Below are positions 23,851-37,283 of a stretch of DNA of 58,335 bases, piece by piece. The notes beneath the pieces are model-generated. The model saw only the letters and a list, made by a program, of their open reading frames with translations, did not search any database and had not been told where the DNA came from. Within the stretch, counting starts at the first letter, position 1, and each line of letters opens with the position of its first letter. The position numbers were made by a program, and so were the translations under genes. The stretch is from Malacoraja senta. Its lineage: Eukaryota. The stretch covers positions 1-58,335 of the forward strand of contig JAXLNO010000589.1 in NCBI GenBank assembly GCA_038087875.1. The letters run 5' to 3'.

Positions 23851-25128
23851 TGAATTTATGCCCCAGATTCTGCACTCCTCTGAAATTTACCGAGTTCACT
23901 GGAGAATTAACATCTTAAAAAAATTAAAGCTCAGTATTAATTAACCACCAATAATTTTTTTTAAGTTGCCAGTCTAGTATCATCAAAGTCCTGAGCATGC
24001 CAGATTATCAGAGTTTTATTGTAATCTCTACATTTGCACTGCAATATTTTGTGACAAAAGATTCCCTCAGTTCTGACCCTTCACCACATCAAAATATTTT
24101 CTTTCAAGCCTTCTTCATAATCACGAGGAATCCTATTAAATTAGTCAGTGGTTACAACTAAATCAGCCTTGCATAAAATGAGATATTTTTAATTACTGAA
24201 GGACATTGTTAAATCCCAATGTTTCTAGGCAGTTTATTTTTTAAATTGCGCTACCAAAATGTCAGTATGATTTTATCTGTAACGGATATTAAATGCGCTT
24301 ATTATCTTGTGCTTATTATATTAATGCGGTTGAAGATATCAACACTGAACTTCCAAATTTTGACAATATCCTTTGAGAATATTAAGGCTTTGGTTTTGAC
24401 AACTAAGCTAATCCAAGAATCCAATTTTACTGGTAACATTTAATTCATAAAAACTGGTCCTGATTAGGTCTGCAAATAACAATAACTCCTGTTTATCTCA
24501 CACCTTGATCATAGCAGTAAGTTCAAACATGATTCCCAGGAGTGTAAACAGCAAAGATAACTGAAGCTGGGTTAAAGGGGATATTAGAGCAAGGGGCAGT
24601 TTTTACACAGCACATAATAAGCACAAACTTGGAGCTAAAAACAAATTGAAGAGTTTCATTGCCTTACAATGAGAGCGATTTAATTTTATAACCTCAGAAT
24701 TTACATTCTTTTTAATTACCTTGTGCACATTCAGTGCTAATGGATGACAAAATGCAGCAACTCGAAATTACTCTGGTTAAAAGGTCATGCTCAGTTGCAG
24801 GAGGGAAGCATTTTTCATGATAATTGCTACAGCTGTATAAATGTGCAGCCAGCTGTTAAAAGAAGTGCAATGCAATCTTCCCGGGTGACATTTATGTATT
24901 GTTTTGCCAGCGTCTGTTAAATGTATCTCGTGCAGAGAACATAACGAAGTGCTGACCTGGCAACGTTTTCAACAAATGAACATTAGCCACTTTCTCAAAA
25001 TCAATCAGCTTAGAGTGATGTTACTTAGGGAGAAATAGGCTCTCCCTCCTAATATAAAAGAGAGGAATGCATGTGTGTGTGTGTTTGTGAGTGTGAGTGT
25101 GTGTGAGTGTGAGTGTGAGTGTGTGAGT

Positions 25129-26917
25129 GACAATAGAAAATAGACAATAGGTGCAGGAGTAGGCCATTCGGCCCTTCGAGCCAGCACCGCCATTCAATGT
25201 GATCATGGCTGATCATCCGCAATCAGTACCCCGTTCCTGCCTTCTCCCCATATCCCCTGACTCCGCTATTCTTAAGAGCCCTATCTAGCTCTCTCTTGAA
25301 AGCATCCAGAGAACTTGTCTCCACCGCGCTCTGAGGCAGAGAATTCCACAGACTCACCACTCTCTGTGAGAAAAAGTGTTTCCTCGTCTCCGTTCTAAAT
25401 GGCTTACTCTTATTCTTAAACTGTGGCCCCTGGTTCTGGTCTCCCCCAACATCGGGAACATGTTTCCTGCCTCTAGCGTGTCCATGCCCTTAATAATCTT
25501 ATATGTTTGAATGAGATTCCCTCTCATCCTTCTAAACTCCAGAGTGTACAAGCCCAGCTGCTCCATTCTCTCAGCATATGACAGTCCCGCCATCCCGGGA
25601 ATTAACCTTGTAAACCTACGCTGCACTCCCTCAATAGCAAGAATGTCCTTCCTCAAATTAGGGGACCAAAACTGCACACAATACTCCAGGTGTGGGCTCA
25701 CTAGGGCTCGGTACAACTGCAGAAGGACCTCTTTGCTCCTGTATTCAATTCCTCTTGTTATAAAGGCCAACATGCCATTCGCTTTCTTCACTGCCTGCTG
25801 TACCTGCATGCTTACTTTCATAGACTAATGTACAAGGACCCCCAGATCCCGTTGTACTTCCTCTTTTCCCAACATGACGCCATTTAGATAGTAATCAGCT
25901 TTCCTGTTTTTGCTACCAAAGTGGATAACCTCACATTTATCTCCATTAAACTTCATCTGCCATGCATCTGCCCACTCCCCCAACCTGTCCAAGTCACCCT
26001 GCATTCTCATAGCATCCTCCTCACAGTTCACATTGCCACCCAGCTTTGTGTCATCTGCAAATTTGCTAATGTTACTTTGAATCCCTTCATCCAAATCATT
26101 GATGTATATTGTAAATAGCTGCGGTCCCAGCACCGAGCCTTGCGGTACCCCACTAGTCACTGCCTGCCATTCTGAAAGGGACCTGTTAATCCCTACTCTT
26201 TGTTTCCTGTCTGCCAACCACTTCTCTATCCATGTCAGCACTCTATCCCCAATACCATGTGCCCTAATTTTGCCCACTAATCTCCTATGTGGGACCTTAT
26301 CAAATGCTTTCTGAAAGTCCAGGTACACTACATCCACTGGCTCTCCCTTGTCCATTTTTCTAGTTAAATCTTCAAAAACCTCCAGAAGATTAGTCAAGCA
26401 TGATTTCCCCTTCGTAAATCGATGCTGACTCGGACCGATCCTGTTACTGCCATCCAAATGTTCGGCTATCTCATCTTTTATAATTGACTCCAGCATCTTC
26501 CCCACCACCGATGTCAGGCTAACTGGTCTATAATTCCCTGTTTTCTCTCTCCCGCCTTTCTTAAAAAGTGGGATAACATTAGCTACCCTCCAATCCACAG
26601 GAACTGATCCTGAATCTATAGAACATTGGAAAATTATCACCAATGCATCCACGATTTCTAGAGCTACTTCCTTAAGTACCCTGGGATGCAGACCATCAGG
26701 CCCTGGGGATTTATCAGCCTTCAGTCCCATCAGTCTATCCAACACCATTTCCTGCCTAATGTGGATTTCCTTCAGTTCCTCTGTCACCCCAGATCCTCTG
26801 GCCACTACTATATCAGGAATATTGTTAGTGTACTCCTTAGTGAAGACAGATCCAAAGTACCTGTTCAACTCATCTGCCATTTCCTTGTTCCCCATAATAA
26901 ATTCACCTTTTTCAGTC
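25129..26917 (-). mobile_element. CR1 (HER1-like) LINE, 5'-truncated, RT region
   Basis: ORFs 25825-26895 and 25354-25821: YLDFQKAFDKV, GVPQGSVLGP, FADDTK; (ctattgt)n-type tail. Confidence 0.93.
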
Positions 26918-27886
26918 TTCTTTTTTTTTAATGTTTATTTTATTAGAAGCAATTGTACAAGTGAGAAAGCAATCAACTTAACAATGATACAATTTTCATA
27001 CAGCTTCAGTTTTAACATTTTAATAAACTGATAAATGAATCGGGGAAAAAAAGTAAAAAGGAAAGAATGAAGAGAAAGAAGAAAGATACAAAAAAGAGAG
27101 AAGAAAACCCCCCTGAACTGACAAAAAAGTGAGAGGAAAAAAGAGAAAATAAAAACGGAGATATGTCCCACTATCCTTCCCTACCTCCGCTCACCCAACC
27201 CAAGCATCGGTTTTAAATTTGTGTTCAACCATTCTGTTATTGAAGAAATTCAATGAAAGGAGACCATATTTTGGAAAATTAGTCTGATTCATCAGCCAAA
27301 ACAAGCCTTATTTTTTCTAAATGTAGTGTCTCGGTCATTTCTGTGATCCACATCTTCACTGTGGGAACTGTTATCATTTTCCAGAATTTAAGTATACGTT
27401 TTTTCGCAGTTATTAAGCCATAGTCAAGGAAACGTCTTTGGAATGTCGTTAACTTAGAGCAGCCCTCTGACATTCCTAATATTATTAGTTTTGAATCTGA
27501 CTCCATTTGAATTTTGAGTGTTTTAGAAATGGTATTGTATATTCCCATCCAGAAATGTTGTATTTTTATACAGGATACAAAAGAATGGGTTAGGGTAGCT
27601 TCTTGGATGTGACATTTATCACAGAGAGGGGAGACAGTTGGGAAAATCGTATTCAATTTGGTCTTTGAGTAGTATAACCTATGCAATATTTTGAATTGTA
27701 TCAGGCAATGCCTGACATTTAAGGAACAGTAATGTATGTATAGTAGGCTTTCCCATATATCTTTCGAAATAGGTAAACCCAACTCGTCCTCCCATGCTCG
27801 CCTATAAATCTCAGAAGGTGGGGTATCAATATTTAAGAGAGTGTTATAAATGTAAGATATCAACTTACTTGTATCGGCATGTCTGT

Positions 27887-28480
27887 TGGATTGGATTGGA
27901 TTCAATTTATTGTCATTGTCTAGAGACAACGAAATGCTATTTTCCTTAAAGTCATACAGATTAAAAAAAGCACAAAACACAGACGTCCACGACACAAACA
28001 TCCCCACAGCGGCACCAAAGTTCCCCACTGTGAGGGAAGGAACCAAAGTCCAGTCAACCTCCTCGCTGATCTTCCCAGATGTTCACCCGTGGTCAGGGCC
28101 TCCCGAGCACCCCGTAGTTGCCGCCACGGGCGGCCCGATGTTCAGGCCCTCTCACCGGGAATGATGGAACCCCGACGTCGAACGGGAGAACATCCTCAGC
28201 GGCCCGGACCTCTAAATCGGCCACCTCCCACCGGAGTCCGCGGCTCCCGAAGTCCACAGGCCAAGCTGGGCGGAGATTCACGCTTGCGACCCCCGACAAA
28301 GGGTCGCAGGACTCCACGATGTTGGCGACTGAAGGATGGTTTCTCCCTTACCATACCCTCTTCCTCCCACATAAAACAAAAAACCCCACAAAAAAACATA
28401 CTTAAAACATAACAACAAAAAAAAAAAGATACCAGACTGAAGGCAGAGGCAGCCAATAACAGCGCCACCGGATGTCCACT
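27887..28480 (-). mobile_element. Short non-autonomous retroposon family X (copy 2), inserted in L1-B ORF2
   Basis: (CCAAT)n tail plus tgacaataaa on the minus strand; 5' end GGACATCCGGTGGCGCT; shared ttccccactgtgagggaagg block. Confidence 0.7.
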
Positions 28481-31400
28481 ATTCAATCAATCGCCTAATA
28501 TATCTGGACCCATAAAAGGACAATATTGTGTATATGTTTTCACATAATCTTGGATTTTAAGGTATCTAAACATTTTTTTGCATTCAAGTGATATTTCTCC
28601 TGTAGTTCTTGAAAAGAAAAGAGAATCCCCTTCTTATAGAGGGCTCCCACAGTGTTAATTCCCAGGTTTTTCCATTGAACAAACACCATATCTAAAGTAG
28701 ACAGTTTAAACGAGGGATTGTTTACAATAGGAAGAAGGAGAGACGTTTCTCAATTTAAGACTGAATTTTAACTGTTTCCAGATACGTATAGTACTATGTA
28801 TTATCGGATTTTGCTCATACGTTGACATATTCAAATGTATTGGAGATAGGAGGATCGAGCCTATATTAAAAGGCAAACAATCTTCCCTCTCCAATTTTAA
28901 CCAATTTACATGTTGACATGTATCGTCCAACCAGAAGATTATATTTTTAATGTTGGTTGCCCAGTAGTAAAAAAGAAAATTAGGAAGAGCTAATCCTCCA
29001 TTTTCTTCGGGTTTGCACAAATGTCTTTTGTGTATTCTATGGGTTGTGTAGTCCCAAATAAAGTTAGTGACAGTAGAATCAATTTTCTTTTTTTTACTTT
29101 TAGGGAGATATATCTGTATTGATTGAAATAAATATAGGAGTTGCTGAAGGAAGATCATCTGTATGGCATTTACTCTACCTATAAGGGAGATAGGAAGTGT
29201 TTTCCAAAATTGAATTTAGGCATATAGTTTAGTAAATAATGGTGGAAAATTTATTTTAAACAGAGAGGAATATTTTCTAGTCACGTAAATTCCAAGATAT
29301 CTGAACTTTTCGGTAACAATTCTGAAAGGAAATTTTTGGAGTTGAGAAGGGTCTTGTTCTTCTATTGGCATAATTTCATTTTTATTCCAATTTATTCTAT
29401 ATCCTGAGAAAGAACCAAATTGTTCTATAATGTTTAGCACATTTGGAACACTAACCTGGGGATTAGTAATGTATAGAAGTACATCATCTGCATATAATGA
29501 GATGTTATTGGTGATATATTTGGTATTATATCCATGAATACCTGAATGTGACCTAATACTCTCAGCAAGGGGTTCTATGGCTAAAGCAAATGACATTGGT
29601 GAAAGGGCGCATCCTTGTCTGTTACCCCTAGATAAATAAAATTTAGGTGAAAGCTTTTGATTTGTCAGTATTCTGGCTGTCGGATTAGTGTATAAGAGCT
29701 TCACCCATAAAGTAAAGTTTTCTCCCAATTGGAATTTTTCCAACACTGTGAAAAGATAAGACCATTCCACTTGATCGAAAACTTTTTCTGCCTCTAGAGA
29801 AATAATTGTTAGATCTTCGTTTGTCGTTCTCTGTGAGTATATTATATTAAACAAACATCTCAAATTATAAAACGAATGTCGTTTAGGTGTAAACCCAGTT
29901 TGATCTGGATGTATTGGTTTATTAATAACCAAGCTTAATCTGCGAGCCAAAGTCTTAGCTAGTATCTTCTGATCCGTATTTAAAAGGGCTATTGCCCTAT
30001 AGGATCCAGGCTCCTTGAGGTTTTTATCTTTTTTTGGAATCAATGTAATAGTTGAGTCGGCAAGAGTTTGTGGTAAAGTCTGTTCTTTAAATGCTTGAGT
30101 ATAAAGGGCTTGTAAACATGGGGAAATTAAATCATTAAGTTTTTTATAAAATTCGTTACTAAACCCATCCGGACCCAGAGTTCTTCAACTTTTCAATGAT
30201 TTAATAGTCTTTACAATGTCTTTTGTTGTTATCTCTGCTCCTAATTCATCCTGTTCCTCCTCATTAAGGGATGGGTGATTGCAATTCTCAAGAAAACTTT
30301 TCATCTTTGCAGGGTCGGCTGTTGTTTTTTAAGAGTATAGTGTTTGATAGAATTTTAAGGATCTTTCATTAATATCTTTAGGCAATATAAGCAGATCTCC
30401 TTTTTCTGATCTAATTTGGGGAATAGTGCGATCATTCTCTAATTTACGGAGTTGACGTGCCAATAGTTTATGTGGTTTATCACCAAATTCAAAAATGTTT
30501 TGCTTAGTATAATGAAATACCTTAATAATTTTTGCAGAAAGGATCTGGTTTAATTTAAATTTTAATGCAGCTATCTTATTATGTTTTGAAGTGGTTGGGT
30601 CAATCGCATTTTCTGAGTCTAGCTGTTTAATCTGTTTTTCTAATTCCAATTGTTCAGTCTTATTTTTCTTGTTTTGAAAAGCTTGGTATGCGATAATACA
30701 GCCTCTACAGGCTTTGAAAGTTTCCCGCAACAACGCTGCAGAAATACCAGGTGTGTCGTTTGTCTTGAAAAATGTTTTCATCTGTAGCTTCAAATAGTCA
30801 CAACAACTTGCCTCAGTTAGTATTTGTGGGTTGAATCTCCAAAACGATTGTTTATTATACATTCCTTCCAATTTTACTGAAAAGGTTAAAGGACAATGGT
30901 CCGAAATAATAATGTTATAATATTTTGGGTTATAGGTAAAAGGGATAAGTTTTGCATCTACCAGGAAATAATCAATTCGTGTATACATTTTATGAACACC
31001 TGAATAAAAAGAATATTCTCTTCCAGATGGATTGGCAATCCTCCATATGTCAGTTATGTTTGTATTATTTATATACGTATTTAAAAGTTCACTCGATTTT
31101 GATTTTGATGTACTTTTCCTTTGACGTGAAGATTTATCCAAGTATTGATCTAATACACAATTTAAATCTCCAATTATCAAATTCTGCTCACCGGAGTCTG
31201 AGATTATATTAAATATTTTATTAAAAAATTGGGGATTGTCAAAATTAGGAGTGTAAATATTCACCAGGTCAGTGGAGTTGAGTATAATTCCCCGGATATT
31301 ATAATGTACCTGCCTTCCTTATCGGCTATAGTGGATTTGTGTTTGAATGGTATACCTTTACGAATTAGAATTGCTGTTCCTCTTGCTTTGGAAGAAAAAG

Positions 31401-31875
31401 AAGAATGATATAATTGACCAATCCAGCTACCCTTCAGCCTGTTGTGAGCTTCATTTTTGAGATGCGTCTCCTGTAGAAATATTATATCAGTATTAATAGA
31501 TTTTAAGTGGGCTAATACTTTGCCCCTTTTTTTATGGTATAAATTGTTATTAGAAGCAAACATATTACAATGTAGAGTAACATATTATAATAGAAGAAAA
31601 AACTGTTCATATACATCAATCACTCATACATTATTAAATTTGTCAATTGTCAGTTAATTCTGCTTCTAGTGTTTTTTTTTTAATATAGATAGAAAAAGAA
31701 AAATAGAGAGAAAGAAGAAAGAAGAGAGAGAAAGAAGAATTACAATATCAAAAAAGAAAAAGAGGTAGAATGAATAACTTATAATACGTCATAGGAGATA
31801 AGTTCGTAGGTTATGAAATATAATTACATCTAATCCTGAGTTCAAGCTTAAGTCGGGTTTTCGCGCTGGGCCACT

Positions 31876-34072
31876 CTATCCCTTCAAATAGGAAATGAAT
31901 GGAGCCCATATTTTAACAAAAAGTTCTTGCTTGTCCATTAAGACAAGTCTAATTCTTTCTAGATGTAGGATCTCCGACATTTCCACAATCCACATTTTAA
32001 TTGTGGGGGTTGTAGGGCCTTTCCAGAATTTTAATATTAATTTTTTCCCTGTTATTATACTGTAGTCAAGGAAGTTTCTTTGGCTTGTTGTGAGTGTTAA
32101 ACTTTGTTCTGATATCCCAAGTATTATTAATTTTGAGTCTGGAGCTAGTTTGGTATTAACAACTTCAGAGATTATTTGAAAAATATCAGTACAGTACTTC
32201 TCTCCCAATTGAAATTTTTTCATTACCGAAAATAAATATGTCCATTCTACCTGGTCAAATGCCTTTTCAGCATCTAACGAAATAATTGCTAGATCTGCAT
32301 TTGGAATTCTATTTGTATATATAATATTGAATATTCTTCTCAAATTATAAAATGAGTAACGTTTTGGAATAAAACCTGTTTGGTCCGGGTGTATTAATTT
32401 ATTAATCACTAAGCTCAATCTATGAGATAGGATTTTGGTTAATATTTTCTGATCAGTATTTAAGAGAGCTATTGCTCTATATGAACCTGGGTCTTCAGGG
32501 TCCTTATCCGGTTTCGGTATAAGTATGATTGTAGATTCATTTAGAGTTTCTGGAAGTTTCTGTTGAGTATAAGCTTGTTTGTAAAGTCTCTGTAGACGTG
32601 GAGAAATCAGATCGTAAATTTTTAAATAAAATTCAGAGCTTAGACCATCAGGACCTGCGGCCTTTCCATTTTTTAAAGATCTAATTGACTCCTCGATGTC
32701 TTTTACCGTAATTTCTACATCTAGTGATTCTCTCTCTTTCTGATCTAGACCTGTAAGATTACATTTCTGTAGAAATGTTTCCATTCCTACTGGTTGTTCT
32801 GTTGTTTTAGATGAATACAATTTTTGATAATATTGTAAAAATCTATCATTAATATCTTTAGGTAGTGTTAATGTTTCTCTCCTTATCTGATCTAATTTTG
32901 TAAATTGTTTTTTCCCCGTCCTGTTTACGAAGTTGACGTGCTAATAGTTTTTGTGGTTTTTCTCCAAATTCAAAATGTAATTGTTTTGTACGTTGATATA
33001 GTTTTATTACTTGGTCTGAGTATAACTTGTTTAACTTATATTTCAGTACTGCAATTTTATTGTGTTTTACCATAGATGGTGCTATTGCATTTTCTATGTC
33101 TAATTGCTTTATTTCCGTTTCCAAAGACTGTTGTTTGGCCCTATTCTCTTTGTTAATAAATGATTGGGAGGATATTAATGCTCCTCGCACAAATGCTTTA
33201 AATGTTTCCCAAAGAAGGGAGGCGGAGATTCCAGAGCTGTCATTAGCCTCGAAAAACATATTAATCTGTTTTACGAGGTATTCATTACATAACTTTTCTT
33301 TCAAGATTTGGGGATTAAGTCTCCATTGTGTCTTTCTCTCGGTCATTCCTTTTAGTTTAATCATAAATATTATAATATTATGATATTGCGAATTATAGGT
33401 AAATGGGATAAGTTTAGAGTCTACTAAGAAATAGTCTATCCTTGAGTAAGTTTTATGCACGGGTGAGTAGAATGAGTATTCTCGACCAGATGGGTTTTCA
33501 ATTCTCCAAACATCCTTAATGTTTGTAGTATTAATATATGAATTTAGGAATTCACTTGACTGAGATTTTAATTTTCTTTGACTTGATGATCTATCCAAGT
33601 AAGTATCCAGTGTACAATTTAAGTCCCCACCAATAATTAAATTATGTTGTGTACATTCCGGGATAATGTTAAGTATTCTCTTAAAGAACAGGGGGCTATC
33701 AAAATTTGGTCCATATACATTAAGGAGAGTCACTTTTTTTGAGTATAACTCCCCTAGTAATACAATATATCTGCCTTCAATATCTTCTGTCGTTGATATA
33801 TGTTTAAAGGGTATACCTTTACGAATTAATATTGCAACCCCTCTAGATTTATGTGAAAATGAAGAATGATACGTTTTAGCAATCCATTTGGCTTTCAATC
33901 TATGTTGTGCTTCCTTTTTAAGATGTGTTTCCTGGAGAAATATTACATCTGCTTTAAGTGATTTTAAATAGGCTAATACTTTACCTCTCTTGATTGGTTC
34001 ATTAATTCCCTTAACATTCCAGCTACAAAATTTAATTCCTTCACCCCCAATTTTCATATTAACGTCTTGCAT
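31876..34072 (-). pseudogene. L1 ORF2 lacking the RT core
   Basis: EN domain at 32858-34072, a frameshift, then the EKYCT|DIFQII junction at ~32189 that removes ~1.57 kb including YADD. Confidence 0.9.
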
Positions 34073-35026
34073 CTTGTGATTAAAGTGGTCTATGTTGGAG
34101 CAGCTGGATCAGCGCACTAAACCCTACCTTATACTTGAACCTCAGGTAGATGAATTCTAAGTCTCGTCGGTTTTTCATCCGGACATATCTCCCTAGATAA
34201 AACATATAATTCCATTCCAAATACAAAATATAATATAACATAAGATAGAAAAGGTAACAAAATGTTGTATTAGTAACGTGTAAAAAATAGAAAAAGAAGA
34301 AAACTACAACTATGATTAGTGCAGTTAGTGATAGCCACCCTAGTGTGGCTAAACATCTAAAGACTTCCGTAGCTTTTGTTAAAAAAAAAAATATTACAAG
34401 CTCCGTACTTTCCTTAAAAGAAAAGTTTCAATTACAATGAAAACAATTTATGGGGGGGAGGGAAACAATAGTTTTATTCCATAATTGAAGTATTTGTTAG
34501 TCTCCAATTCAAATGTTAGTATCATATAGCAAGCTAAAAATATTTTTCCTCCCTTTTTTCTTAATTTAAAAAAAAGAAAAAAAAAGGGGGGAAGACACTG
34601 TTAAAGAGTAATCAAAAAACATTATTAAAGAGTAATCAAAAAAACATTATTAAAGAGTAATCAAAGTCCAAAATATCCAAATATCCAAAATAGCAAGGAA
34701 AAAATTTCCTATATTTTATTAATTAATTATTTGGATCACACTTTACTTATATTTCATACTTTTAACCAATTCTGAGTTGGTCCAGTTAACAACAATTAGT
34801 ATTGATTAGTATTTGTGATTAGAGTTAATTGTTAGAAATTAGTACTAAAATATAAATGTTATGTATCAGTAGCGAGATAATTGCCCAATTCTTCCCGCAG
34901 ATCTTGGACAAAATCTGCAAGAAGAATGGGGACAGTTCTTAAAAATTATAGTTTAAAGTTCCATCTCTTCTCTGCAGGATAACAGTTTCCACTGTCTTCA
35001 GGTGAATGTTGGGTGTAGAATATTAT

Positions 35027-36052
35027 TCAATCTTCGGTCTTATTCACAATGCTCTGGGCAAATTCAAGTGCCTCTGTATGCTTGACGAAGAAATGTTCCT
35101 TCTTCTCATAGGTCACTCTTAATGTTGCGGGATATAACAGTCCATATCTCAGATTGTTTATATTCTTAAGTATTCTTCTTGTTTCTGTAAACAGCGCTCT
35201 CTTCTTGGCGACTTCCACAGGATAATCTCTAAATATGCTTATCTTGTCTCCTTCAAATGCGAGGTTTCTGCTTTGAACAATTATCTTCATCATATCATCC
35301 AAAACATGGTCATATTGCCCCTTCACTATCAGTTGTCTTGGGGGGGCGCCCACCCCTGGGCGACGTCTTGATACTCTGTGCGCTCGGGCAATTAACGGTG
35401 CTTGATCCAGTTTCAAGACTTTTTTCAGCAGATCTGCAGCAAATTCACGAGGGTCACGATTCCCCTCTCTGCCTTCCTGGACGCCTACGATTCTTAAATT
35501 CTGACGTCTCTGTCGTCCCTCCAAGTCAATACATTTTTCGGTTATTTGATGTAATAACTTCGATAGGCATTTGTTCTCGGCAATAAGTTTATTTGTTGTT
35601 TCGGTGCTTGTCTCAGCAATTTCCTCCAATTCCTTTACAGCCTCGTGGTGTTGATTTAAAGTCTGGAGGATCGGCTCCAACTTAGCATCAAATCTGGATT
35701 CCATCGAATTCAGTTTATCATATACTTCTTCAGTATTTTGATGCATATTTTCTTCCATGGTTAATTTCCAGTCTTCCAGAACTTCATGCACAGAAGCTGT
35801 AACCTCATCTTTAATTTGTTCTTTAATTTCATCTTTTAAAGATTTCAGCTCCTGTTTAAGATTTTTAAATTCTGTCATTATATTAGAGATTTTCTGTGTC
35901 AGGAAGGTTCTTAATTCTTCCACATCTGTTTTTTTCTTCCTTGAGATATCTTCTTGAGATGCTGTTAAAACTGAGCCCAAGGCTTCAGGTGGGCCTGCCT
36001 CTTTTCCCTTACCGGTTTTTCTCGTCTTGGGGGGGGTATGTTGAATCGACAT
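35027..36052 (-). CDS. L1 ORF1p, intact 341 aa
   Basis: Uninterrupted ATG-to-stop ORF with L1 ORF1p motifs. Confidence 0.9.
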   Translation of the reverse strand: MSIQHTPPKTRKTGKGKEAGPPEALGSVLTASQEDISRKKKTDVEELRTFLTQKISNIMTEFKNLKQELKSLKDEIKEQIKDEVTASVHEVLEDWKLTMEENMHQNTEEVYDKLNSMESRFDAKLEPILQTLNQHHEAVKELEEIAETSTETTNKLIAENKCLSKLLHQITEKCIDLEGRQRRQNLRIVGVQEGREGNRDPREFAADLLKKVLKLDQAPLIARAHRVSRRRPGVGAPPRQLIVKGQYDHVLDDMMKIIVQSRNLAFEGDKISIFRDYPVEVAKKRALFTETRRILKNINNLRYGLLYPATLRVTYEKKEHFFVKHTEALEFAQSIVNKTED

Positions 36053-37283
36053 GCTGCCGGTGTCGCGCGCCTGATGACGTCACGGACCTGTTGCAAACAC
36101 TCGGTGCCATTTTCTAGAGGTAGGTCCCGTCTTTTTCCCCCGTTTTCAACGTTTTTTTCCCGGAGCTAGTCGGCGCGAGTCTCTCCTACTCCATAGCGCC
36201 ACCGGAAGTCAACTTTGCCCCTTTTAATTGGCTCATTAACGCCCCTAACATTCCAACTACAAAATGTAATTCCTCCTATTTTCCTAGCTACATCATCTTG
36301 CATTTTAAAGCTTACATGGTCTCCTTTGATTCAAATGATCTAACACATTATTTGAAATATTTCCTTTAATTGCTGGGTGGGTGCGCCCTATCCCCTTTTC
36401 CCCTATCCCCAGAGATATCTCCAAGAAAAATGTGCATTAATAAAAATAGATAAGATATTTAGTAAAGAAGATAGAAAGTGAAAAAGAAAAACAACGGAAA
36501 TTGCAGCATATCGAAATGCTGCTGGTGAATATCACCCAACGGTGGTTGGGTTAGTGAAAACTTCCGTAACTCCGCACCTTAAGGAGTTAATAAAAACTAA
36601 ACAAAACAAACCCCTAAAAAGTTTAACAGTATTTAAATCCGTCAGGGAATCAACATTCCCAAGAAGTTAAGTATCTTAATCTGCTCTAATTAAGTAGTTG
36701 AATATTAAGTAATTTGACTAATATATGGCACTTATTACTTAATTTTCTATTAATACTGTTTTGACGTATTAACCGACTCTAAGTCAGTGAATTTATGACA
36801 ACTTATTGATTACAAATGCCGTTTCACACACTCATTTTCTCCCTCTCTCTCTCTCCCTCCCTCTCCCTCTCCAAAACTTTCCAAACCATTCTCTAAACTT
36901 TCCAAGACTTTCCAAAACTTACTCAACACTTTCCAACATTTTCCCAACCTGTCTCACACATTCGTTCTCTCTCTCCCCCTCTCTCTCCTCCTCTCCCTTT
37001 TCCCCATCCTTCCCTCTCTCCCTCTTCCCTTCCCTCTCTCCCAAAACTTCCCACAACTTCTTCAAACTTACTCCCACTTACATTCTCTCTCACTGCCTCT
37101 CCCTCCCTCCCTCTCCTTCTCTCTCTCTTCTTCTCTACCCCTACCCCTCCCCCTCTCTAGCTCTCTCCCTCTCGCTCAGTCTCTCTATCCCTCAAGTTCT
37201 CTGTTTTGACACATTAACCGACTCTGGGTCAGTAGATTTATAACAACATATTCAGTATAAACACAGCATAAACACAATATAAC

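Larger units (their letters stand above)
31531..36211 (-). mobile_element. L1 family A copy 2 (internally deleted), nested in L1-B
   Basis: Near-identical to 9855-16046; complete 5' end GACTTCCGGTGGCGCTATGG; 14-bp TSD ACTTTGCCCCTTTT at 31517-31530 and 36212-36225. Confidence 0.95.

Noticed and set aside
9855..36211. Inverted segmental duplication
   Set aside because: Similarity ends exactly at the L1 termini and each copy has its own TSD.
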